64,000 bases of DNA from Dehalococcoidia bacterium (GTDB taxonomy: Bacteria > Chloroflexota > Dehalococcoidia > Lucifugimonadales > Australimonadaceae), in the NCBI GenBank assembly GCA_965200975.1, contig OZ241740.1:1858636-1922635 (forward strand), written 5' to 3'. Both the position numbers and the translations under genes were made by a program. Position 1 is the first letter of the stretch. Each line of letters starts with the position of its first letter. Of the stretch, positions 45,520 through 53,178 are shown one piece after another. The notes beneath the pieces are model-generated. The model was not told the DNA's origin and searched no databases. It was given only the letters and a program-made list of their open reading frames with translations.

Positions 45520-46225
45520 CAGCGGCGGCTGCCCTCCGGCCGCCAGGGGGTGTTGCGCGAGAGGGGCGGCTGCCTTCCGGCTGCCAGGGGGTCTGGGGGA
45601 GCGGACGCTCTCCCAGCGCTACGACGCAGGGGCGAACACCTATCGCATGGGCGGCGCCGCGGGAGGGGTGGCTGCCCCCCGACGCATGAGCGCTGCGCCC
45701 CCTCCATCCCGACGCATGATCTCTGCCGCACTCCCGGGAGAGAGTCCTCTCCCCCGGACCCCCTCGCAATCCCCCACCTCCGGCGGCGAACGCCTATCGC
45801 ATGGGCGGCGTCGCGGGAGGGAGGGCTGCCGCCAGAGCGGCGCCTGCCCAGCGGCTGCCAGGGGGTCTGGGGGAGCGAACGCTCTCCCAGCGCTACGACG
45901 CAGCGGCGAACGCCAATTGCATGGGCGGCGCCGCGGGAGGGGCGACACGCAGAGAGCGGCGCTGCCTTCCGGCTGCCAGGGGGTCTGGGGGAGCGGACGC
46001 TCTCCCAGCGCTACGACGCAGTGGCGAACGCCTACTGCATGAGCGCTGCCGCGGGAGGGGTGGCTGCCCCCCCGGCTGCCGCGCCGCCGCCGCCTGCATG
46101 AGCGCTGCGCTGCCGCCCCCTCGCAGACATGCCTGAGCGTTGCCGTGCTTGCAATTGGTGTTCGCGGCTGTGGCGGTGCAGCTGGGAGAGCGTCCGCTCC
46201 CCCCAGACCCCCTGGCAGCCAAGGG
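45520..46225. repeat. about 700-bp non-coding cluster of the dispersed repeat family in both orientations
   Basis: Reverse cores CCAGGGGGTCTGGGGGAGCG(G/A)ACGCTCTCCCAGCGCTACGACGCAG start at about 45584, 45858 and 45976. A forward variant lies at 45734-45769 and a forward canonical copy at 46182-46220. The companion module GCGAACRCCYAYYGCATG recurs. Confidence 0.85.
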
Positions 46226-46238
46226 GCAGCCGCCAGCG

Positions 46239-46269
46239 AAAGGGGGGAGCGCTTGGCGCTCCCCCCTTT
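46239..46269 (-). terminator. intrinsic terminator for the ftsY-to-orphan minus-strand operon (hairpin readable on both strands)
   Basis: AAAGGGGGGAGCGC-TTG-GCGCTCCCCCCTTT forms a 14-bp stem flanked by A3/T3. It lies 29 nt downstream of the stop at 46298. Confidence 0.6.
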
Positions 46270-46297
46270 GTAGGTGGCTGGTTTTGCGGGTTGACGG

Positions 46298-47542
46298 TTA
46301 GTTGACTGAGGCGGAGAGGCGGTTGCCGCCGCTTACTCGCCAGGTTATCGATACGTCGTCCCAGCCTTCGCGGCTGAAGGTCATCGTGCGGGGGTTGCTC
46401 CGCCAGACGCCCTTGTCGAACGATACGCCGTCGCCAAGCGTCAGGCTACTCGGCTGGTACGACGGCTTGCGGCTCCAGATCCGCAGACGCACGCTCGCCT
46501 CCTCGCCGTCGGAGTAGCTGACCGTAACGTCTCTCCCGCTGATCGAGGCGTCAACCGACGGCTCAGGCGTGGGCGGCGCCGACGGCTCATCCTCCGGCTC
46601 TTCGCCCGTGAGGTCGTACATCCAGTACGCCCTGAAACTGCCGAGCGCGCCCGCAACCCGCCGCACCGACTCGCTGCTGTCGCTCGCAAATGCCGTCCGC
46701 GTCCCAAACGCGCTGGCGGTGATAGGAGGCTGGCCGCCGGAAAGAATCGAGACCGGCGCGTCGATTACGTTCTCTTCGTAGTGGTCCAACATGTTGCTCA
46801 CGTCGGCGTGGCAGCGATTCTGATCCTTTGCGTGGACGCGGTACTGGGTGGTCTTACGATGCGTACCTTCGCCGTCGACATGCACGGTGAAGAGGCAGTA
46901 CTCGTGATCGTTGCCGCCGTCACTGGCCGGAATGTTAACTGCGACAGCGAGGAAGAGAAAACGCATGTCCGGGTGGTCGGAGCGGGAGGAGCGAATATTG
47001 CCGCCGAAGGCCATCACACCCTCTATCGCGGCTATTGCTTCCTTCTCATCATCAGTTGCAGTTGGGCTATCTTTGCCTCTGAGGTCGTTTATCTCGTGTA
47101 CAAACCCGTTGGGCGCATTCACGCACGTGTAGTTGAGGTCTTCTTCCCTGGCATTCACATCGTTATCGGCAGGCCTGGAGCACTCCAGGTAGTCGTAGAG
47201 CCCATTGAATGCATTGTTACCGCTGACGCCAAACTTGATCGTGTCCAGCTTCCGCACTGCCTCGCGAAGTTCGGGAGCGCGGTAGCCAATGAGGCTGTAG
47301 AGGTTTGTTGTTTCCGTATTCTCCGGATCAGCTTCAGTCGGAGCGGGCTTCTCGTACGTCCCGCTGATGTATTTACAGTACCGGACGGGGTCAAGGGATT
47401 GGTTAGTCGGGTACGTCCAGTATCTGTTCGAGGTATCAGGCGTGTTTGGGGGAGCGCTCGTGTCCTTGATGCACCCGGGGACGTCGTCGAGTGTCTGCGC
47501 AGCAGATGAGGAGGAGGGGGGCGGCGCAGGCGGCGGACGGCG
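46298..47542 (-). CDS. hypothetical protein, lower-GC orphan; start unresolved
   Basis: The track ORF starts at GTG 47257 (319 aa). The same frame stays open and protein-like for 95 more codons (...YWTYPTNQSLDPVRYCKYISGTYEKPAPTEADPENTETTNLYSLIGYRAPELREA-V...) up to the TAA of the upstream gene. There is no ATG, GTG or TTG in that stretch. Confidence 0.55.
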   Translation of the reverse strand, partial: RRPPPAPPPSSSSAAQTLDDVPGCIKDTSAPPNTPDTSNRYWTYPTNQSLDPVRYCKYISGTYEKPAPTEADPENTETTNLYSLIGYRAPELREAVRKLDTIKFGVSGNNAFNGLYDYLECSRPADNDVNAREEDLNYTCVNAPNGFVHEINDLRGKDSPTATDDEKEAIAAIEGVMAFGGNIRSSRSDHPDMRFLFLAVAVNIPASDGGNDHEYCLFTVHVDGEGTHRKTTQYRVHAKDQNRCHADVSNMLDHYEENVIDAPVSILSGGQPPITASAFGTRTAFASDSSESVRRVAGALGSFRAYWMYDLTGEEPEDEPSAPPTPEPSVDASISGRDVTVSYSDGEEASVRLRIWSRKPSYQPSSLTLGDGVSFDKGVWRSNPRTMTFSREGWDDVSITWRVSGGNRLSASVN

Positions 47543-49591
47543 TTACGAACCGGGAGGCGACGCCCGCAACGCCGCGCAGCCCGGCGCAAGCCCTGCAAGG
47601 TCGCTCCGCACGTACACTACCCCGAACGCCGACTGCATCGCGCTGTCGAACTCGCGATCGATGAAGTAGTCGAGCGCAACGCCCCATCCCTCCCGCGAAA
47701 GCGCGCCCGAGAGCACCGCCGAAAGCGTCAGCCTGTTGTAGGCGTAGTTGGGGAACCACCAGAGATGGCGCAGCTCCCCTACCCGCTCGAACCCCTCGAG
47801 GCCGGCGGCGCTCCCCGCCTCGACCGCCCGGCTCATCATCGCGACCTCGAAGCTGTCGGCGGCGCCCGACTCCGCGTCGAGCGGCGCCTCGCGCAGGTTC
47901 TGATACGTCGTCCACGGGTAGTCCCGCAGATACCACCGCCACTGCCACACGAAGGTGTCGGACTCGTCGACGAGGATACGCAAGCCGTCTCTCCCGAGGC
48001 CCGACTCCCCGGCGAGCCGCGCGATGCACTCCGCCGCGTACTTGGTCTCCTGCCCCGTCTGCGAGTAGACGAGCAGCTCGCGCGGGCGCTCGAATCCCTC
48101 GTACGAGTAGCTCGCCCGCACGGCGACCGCCGCCGTACCGACGGCGGCGAGCGCGAGCGCTCCGAGCGCGATCCACGCCGGCAGCCGGGCGCCGAACGCC
48201 CGCCCCCGCGCTTGCCCGTCCGGGCGCGGCGGCGCGGCGGCGCGCTCCAGCAGCAGGCCGACCGTCCGCCCCGCGACGACTGCGAGCGGCAGCGTGATGC
48301 CGACCAGCAGCCACGGCATGCGCTCCCCCGCAATCGTGAACAGCGCAAAGGCGAGCGCAGCCCAACCGACGATGAAGCGGTCGAACGCCTCCCGGCTGCG
48401 GGCGAGCAGCCAGGCGCTGCCCGCAATCGCCGGGACGACGACGAGGAATTCGTACGTCGCAAGGCCGAGCACGTAGTAGTGCATCGGCTGGTTCGCGCGC
48501 TCCACTCCCTGCTGCGCCATCCAGTAGCCCAGCGACCCCCAGAGGCCGGTGAAGAACCCCTGCCAGTTGGTGAACATACTCGTAAAGAGCGGCAGCCACA
48601 CGGCGATGAACGCCGCAGCCAGCAGCGGCCACCTCCGCCGGTCCCAGCTGCGTCCGACCATCACGGCGATCGCGCCGCACGCCAGCACGAGGAACGCGGC
48701 GATGAAGAGCGCGCCATCGGCAGGCGCGCCCGTCTCCGCCGCCGCGCGCGCAAGCTCGCCCGACCGCACCCGCGGGTCGTTCGGGTCGGGGTTCACCAGC
48801 ACGATCCCCAGCACTCCCTGCGCGAGGCCGACGAGCGGAGCGAAGAGGGGCAACGTCAGGGTGCCGAGCACGACGAACAGGTCGCCCTCCGGCCCGACGT
48901 TCGACAGCCGGCGTTTGCTCTTCGCCCACTCCCAGAGCGCGGGCGCCGCCACGATCAGCAGGAAGAGCCCGAACGTCCCCGCCAGCAGATAGGCGCTCTC
49001 TTTCGTCGAGAACGCGAACGCCCACAGCACGGCCCAGGCGAACAGCAGCCACGTGCGCGGACGCTCGCGGTAGCGGAATATCACCGCCGCCAGCGCCAGC
49101 GCCCACACCGCCATATAGATGTCGTTCCGCATAAACCGCCCAAAGTAGAGCAGCGACGGCGAAACGAGCAGGAACGCCGCAGTCGCGAGCGCTCCGTAGC
49201 GCCCGAGCTCGCGGCGGAGCGCGTACGGCAGGCCCACCAGCGCGACGCCGAACAGGGCCGGGAGCAGCCGGGCCGTGAGGTCGCTCGCGCCGAGGAGCGA
49301 GTACGTGGCCGCTCCCGCGTGATAGAGGAACGGCCCGTGCGTGAGCGGCGTGTGCGAGTAGCCGATCCCCTCCGCGAACCGCCACGAGTACCACGCATGC
49401 AGAATTTCGTCGTAGTGCAGCGAGCGGCCTCCGAGGTCCCACAGCCGCGTGGCGAGCGCGACGGCGATGAGCGCAACGTACGCCCACGCCTCGCGCGTCC
49501 GGGGCCAATGGGGGCGCGGCAGCTCCACGCTCCCGGCAGCCTGCTTCACGCGCCGCCCGATTCCCGTCTGCGTCAGCCGCGTCAGCCGCAT
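47543..49591 (-). CDS. PMT/ArnT-like polytopic membrane glycosyltransferase-family protein (TIGR03663-like)
   Basis: ATG at 49591 overlaps the upstream TGA (ATGA). 682 aa, reading TRLWDLGGRSLHYDEILHAWYSW.F......H.PL.HGPF.YH......L.G.SD...R..PALFG...V......R..LG with many TM helices. It is the neighbour of a YYY-motif protein. Confidence 0.85.
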   Translation of the reverse strand: MRLTRLTQTGIGRRVKQAAGSVELPRPHWPRTREAWAYVALIAVALATRLWDLGGRSLHYDEILHAWYSWRFAEGIGYSHTPLTHGPFLYHAGAATYSLLGASDLTARLLPALFGVALVGLPYALRRELGRYGALATAAFLLVSPSLLYFGRFMRNDIYMAVWALALAAVIFRYRERPRTWLLFAWAVLWAFAFSTKESAYLLAGTFGLFLLIVAAPALWEWAKSKRRLSNVGPEGDLFVVLGTLTLPLFAPLVGLAQGVLGIVLVNPDPNDPRVRSGELARAAAETGAPADGALFIAAFLVLACGAIAVMVGRSWDRRRWPLLAAAFIAVWLPLFTSMFTNWQGFFTGLWGSLGYWMAQQGVERANQPMHYYVLGLATYEFLVVVPAIAGSAWLLARSREAFDRFIVGWAALAFALFTIAGERMPWLLVGITLPLAVVAGRTVGLLLERAAAPPRPDGQARGRAFGARLPAWIALGALALAAVGTAAVAVRASYSYEGFERPRELLVYSQTGQETKYAAECIARLAGESGLGRDGLRILVDESDTFVWQWRWYLRDYPWTTYQNLREAPLDAESGAADSFEVAMMSRAVEAGSAAGLEGFERVGELRHLWWFPNYAYNRLTLSAVLSGALSREGWGVALDYFIDREFDSAMQSAFGVVYVRSDLAGLAPGCAALRASPPGS

Positions 49592-52500
49592 CAGCCGCCC
49601 TTCTCCTGAGCGACGCGATGCACGCGCGCCGCGCCGGCGCCGCTCCCCGACTCGAATACGACCTCTCCGAGCCGGTCGAACTTCGCGATCCCGCTCTCGC
49701 CGTAGATCGCCCGCTCCCGCGGCCCTACGACGACGTAGTCGACGCCGTATCTGTCGAGCAGCGCCGCCGCCTCGGCGGGGTCGTCCGAGCCGTAGATAGT
49801 CCGCACGTCGTCCTGGCGGCGCCGGATCTCCTGTATATCCCTGCCCCACTGCCATTCGTGCCCGGCCCATCCGACGATCGTGGGTCGGCCGGTGGCGGAG
49901 GCGACGCGGGCCAGCTCGGGCGCCCAATCGTCGCAGCCGTCCGGGTTGGCGATGCAGGGCGCCTTTGCGCTCTCGAGCACCACGGCGTCGCGGGGGGTCT
50001 CGTCGCGCACCCACCGGATGAGCTCCGCGTCCGCGGGAGCAGTCCGTTCGAGGTAGGCGAGCCCGTCGAGGGTCGTGGCACCCGGCTCTTCCGCGCGCGA
50101 CGCGACAGCCGCCAGCGAGTAGTAGCTCACCGCGGCGAACCCGAGCACGACGACCGCCCCCCACGCGACGAATCCGAGTCTGCCCGCGAGCCGCCGCTTG
50201 TCCCAGCTCGAGCCCGCCAGCCACAACCCGAACGCGCCGACCACGGCCAGCAGCGCCCACGCCTGGTAGTAGAGCTTGAACACGGTGTTCTGCCGCCGGA
50301 GGTCGCCGCCGAAGACGTCGGACACGTGAAAGAGTTCGACCCCCATAATCAGCGCGCTCGCAACTGCAAGCACGAGGAGCGCGTGCGCGTGCGCGCTCCA
50401 GCGGTTCCGCGCGGCCCCGCCGCCGGCCTGCCCCGCCGCCGGGGCGCCGTGATGCCCCAGCGTCCACGCGCCGTAGATCGCCAGCGCGACGACCGCCGCC
50501 ATCGGCGCAACGAGCAGCAGGCGGTCGATCGCCAGCAGCTCGCCGCCAACGGGGCTGCGCTCGCCGTTCATCACGCCGTCCCACACGAGTCCGCCCGCCA
50601 CAATGATGCTTCCGTAGATGAGCGTGAACCGGGGGTTGTACGCAAACAGCGCCTCGTCGATCTTGGCGAACCGGAGGCCGGCCTGATGGAACGCGAACAG
50701 CAGCGCGGCCAATCCGTACACCGGCGGGCCGTACACGGGCTGCAGCCAGAAGACGACGGGAGCAAGCGCCACATACGCCGCTATGGCGAAACGCGGCAGC
50801 GACCAACTCTCCGACCTGCAGATCCGGCGCAGCACGACGAGCAGCGCCGGCGCCGCCAGGAATCCGAGGAATCCCCACACGATCAGCAGGTGCACGGGGC
50901 GCGTCATCAGCGTCTGCAGGGGCAGCACTCCGTTCACGCTGCTCTCGAAGTTCATCAGGAACGGCAGCGCGACCGCGAGGCTGCCCAGGCCGAACGCTGC
51001 AAGCCCTCCCGCCAGGCAGGTGAAGCCCGACCGGCCGGTCGTCCTCATCGTGAGCGTCCAGTTGTCGAGCACGCGATGGAACAGGAACGCGCTCCCCGGC
51101 CCGCCGCCGCCCGGAGCTCCAAGCACGACGGTGTCGCCGCTAATGGCCGCCGCGCTGCCGAACATACTGTTCGGCCCGGCGTCCTGCGACTGGAGCTCGG
51201 CGTGCATCTCCCAACCCTCGCCCGTGCGCCTGAACACGCACGCGCCTCCCGCGCCGGGCGCGCGGTCCCGATGCAGGTTCACTCCCGCCACAAGGTACTG
51301 CCCGTCGATCGCCACCGCGCCGCCGAACGAGGCGCCCGCGTGCGGAGGCAGCGCCGCCTCGTCGGGCTCCCATCCCGACGCGCTCCGATGGAAGACCGCC
51401 ACCGCCTCGTCGGCGCCCACGGCGAGCCGCGCGCCTCTTACGGAGACGGAGCGGCCAAACCACTGCAGCCCGTGCCGCCCGGCGTCCTCCGGCGTCAGCG
51501 TCGCGCGCTCCCATGCGCCTCCGGCCCGCTCATACACGTGGGCCTCGCCGCCCTCGCGCGCCGGCAGCCCGACCGCCAGCGTCTCGTCGTCGAGCGAGAC
51601 GACGACGTCGGCGGACGCGACCTCCGGGCTCAGCGGCAGCTCCGTATCGAGCAGCCACTCTCCGTGCTCCTCCCGGTAGACGTAGACCGTCTCCGTCGCG
51701 GCGACTGCGGCGAGGCCGCGCGCGACTGCTACGGCGCTGCCGAACTCGCGCGCGGGAGCGCCCTCCGGCGGCCTGAGCGTCGCGCGGTGCGCCCACGACG
51801 CTCCCCACGGATAGAAGAGGTAGACCACCCCTGTTCGGCTCGCCCGCGGCGCTCCCACGGCGACGACGCCGTCCGCCGCCGCCACCGACGCGCCGAACTC
51901 GGCGTCAGGCCCCAGTTCGGCGGTATCGAGGACGCCTTGCTTCCGCCATTCGTCGTCGCGCATGGTGAAGAGGCGCACGCGCGGCGCTCCCACCGCCACC
52001 ACGTTGCCCGCCGCAGCGACCGCGCTCCCTATCCGGACGCGGCGCCGGTCTTGCGCGCCGTTCAGCAGGATCGCCCCGCCGACGAGGGCGAGCCCCACCG
52101 GCAAGTCCCACAGGTTGATCGCTCCCAGCGACCCGACCACGACGACCATCGCGAGGAGCAGCGGCAGATTCCGCCGCAGCTCGCCGACGTCCAGCAGCCT
52201 GGGTTGGAGGTGCGTCTGCATCGCCACTCCGACCGCCAGCAGGAGGAATCCGAGCGACATTACATGCGGATGCAGGTCGCCCAGCACGAAGCTGAACGCG
52301 GGGAATTCGGTTATCGCTCCCGGGATTATGCGCGAGGCGCGGAACCACCACCAGAACTCTTCCGGAACCCATGCAGGCGACGCGGCGGACGACGTGAGTC
52401 TGCTGACTCCGATGTACTCCCAGAAGCGCTCGCTGCCTCCGCCGGCAGTCCGCAGCAGTTCGAGCGCCCCCGCGAGGTTGCTCGCGAACAGCAGCAGGAA

Positions 52501-53178
52501 CGCGCCGGCCAGCCCCGCGAGAACGCGCGCGTCGTGCGATCCGCGCGCCAGTCCCACCAGGTTGAACGCTACCCCGAACGCCGACGCCGCAGCCACCGCG
52601 GCGGCAGTCGCCAGCCCCAGGTTGTAAGCGACCGGCGTCGCTATGCCCGTCAGCATCGCAACCGAGCCGGTCATCAGGTAGCCGAGGTAGTAGTACGACA
52701 CCTCCACGCCGGCCATCCACGGGTCGGCGGGCGGGTAGTGCGGGCTCGCAATAGTCGCGTTCAGGAACATCAGGTCCATCGGCTGCTCGGTGTGGACGAT
52801 CTCCGGCGACACTGCGCGGAAGAGCGTCATTCCGGCGAACACGGCGATGAGCAGGCTCTCCACCACGACGAGGGTCGGCGCCGACGCTCTGGCGTACCGC
52901 CGCATCTCCGGGAAACGGCGCCGTCCTACGAGCCACGACAGCCCCGCGACCGCCAGCAGGCCCAGCAGCACCGTCCACCGGGAGTTCGGCAGCGTATGGC
53001 TTAGCCCGATCAGCCAGCCGGCGTACGTTACGCTCAGCAGCCCGAGCGCCTTCGAGAACGCGTATCCCCTGTCGGGCAGGCGCGAAAAGACGCAGTACGC
53101 GAGCGGCAATGCGGCCAGCGCGTACAGCTCGATGGTCAGCAGCCACGCAAACGCTGCAATGAGATCGGGCGTCAGCAT
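49591..53178 (-). CDS. DUF2298 / Chlor_Arch_YYY-type giant membrane protein with an FG-GAP-like beta-propeller insertion
   Basis: 1195 aa and highly hydrophobic. The YYYLG motif (EVSYYYLGY) is at residues about 161-167. Residues about 378-712 carry 6-7 repeats of the type FG.SVA..G..L.VGAP......G.V.VF. The ATG overlaps the end of ftsY by 7 nt. Confidence 0.85.
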   Translation of the reverse strand: MLTPDLIAAFAWLLTIELYALAALPLAYCVFSRLPDRGYAFSKALGLLSVTYAGWLIGLSHTLPNSRWTVLLGLLAVAGLSWLVGRRRFPEMRRYARASAPTLVVVESLLIAVFAGMTLFRAVSPEIVHTEQPMDLMFLNATIASPHYPPADPWMAGVEVSYYYLGYLMTGSVAMLTGIATPVAYNLGLATAAAVAAASAFGVAFNLVGLARGSHDARVLAGLAGAFLLLFASNLAGALELLRTAGGGSERFWEYIGVSRLTSSAASPAWVPEEFWWWFRASRIIPGAITEFPAFSFVLGDLHPHVMSLGFLLLAVGVAMQTHLQPRLLDVGELRRNLPLLLAMVVVVGSLGAINLWDLPVGLALVGGAILLNGAQDRRRVRIGSAVAAAGNVVAVGAPRVRLFTMRDDEWRKQGVLDTAELGPDAEFGASVAAADGVVAVGAPRASRTGVVYLFYPWGASWAHRATLRPPEGAPAREFGSAVAVARGLAAVAATETVYVYREEHGEWLLDTELPLSPEVASADVVVSLDDETLAVGLPAREGGEAHVYERAGGAWERATLTPEDAGRHGLQWFGRSVSVRGARLAVGADEAVAVFHRSASGWEPDEAALPPHAGASFGGAVAIDGQYLVAGVNLHRDRAPGAGGACVFRRTGEGWEMHAELQSQDAGPNSMFGSAAAISGDTVVLGAPGGGGPGSAFLFHRVLDNWTLTMRTTGRSGFTCLAGGLAAFGLGSLAVALPFLMNFESSVNGVLPLQTLMTRPVHLLIVWGFLGFLAAPALLVVLRRICRSESWSLPRFAIAAYVALAPVVFWLQPVYGPPVYGLAALLFAFHQAGLRFAKIDEALFAYNPRFTLIYGSIIVAGGLVWDGVMNGERSPVGGELLAIDRLLLVAPMAAVVALAIYGAWTLGHHGAPAAGQAGGGAARNRWSAHAHALLVLAVASALIMGVELFHVSDVFGGDLRRQNTVFKLYYQAWALLAVVGAFGLWLAGSSWDKRRLAGRLGFVAWGAVVVLGFAAVSYYSLAAVASRAEEPGATTLDGLAYLERTAPADAELIRWVRDETPRDAVVLESAKAPCIANPDGCDDWAPELARVASATGRPTIVGWAGHEWQWGRDIQEIRRRQDDVRTIYGSDDPAEAAALLDRYGVDYVVVGPRERAIYGESGIAKFDRLGEVVFESGSGAGAARVHRVAQEKGG

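Noticed and set aside
43739-45769. Interpreting the 36-bp inverted pair as terminal inverted repeats of a transposon
   Set aside because: No transposase or integrase lies between them, and no target-site duplication is evident. The cargo includes the core gene rnc. The repeats belong to the genome's dispersed palindrome family.
43698-46222. ORFs translated from the repeat clusters (for example 43698..44087, 43794..44201, 45242..46042, 45550..46101, 45893..46222)
   Set aside because: Their peptide 'repeats' (GERPLPQTPWQPG, WGSGRSPS and so on) simply mirror the DNA repeat in several frames and on both strands. There are no start/SD signals, and every frame is equally open.
47436-53004. Very long alternative ORFs (47436..49508 -, 47765..49609 +, 49618..53004 +, 51905..53296 -)
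   Set aside because: They are Arg/Ala/Gly/Pro-rich, with no hydrophobic periodicity or motifs. They lie out of frame or antisense to the two clearly membrane-protein-like genes, a typical high-GC artefact.
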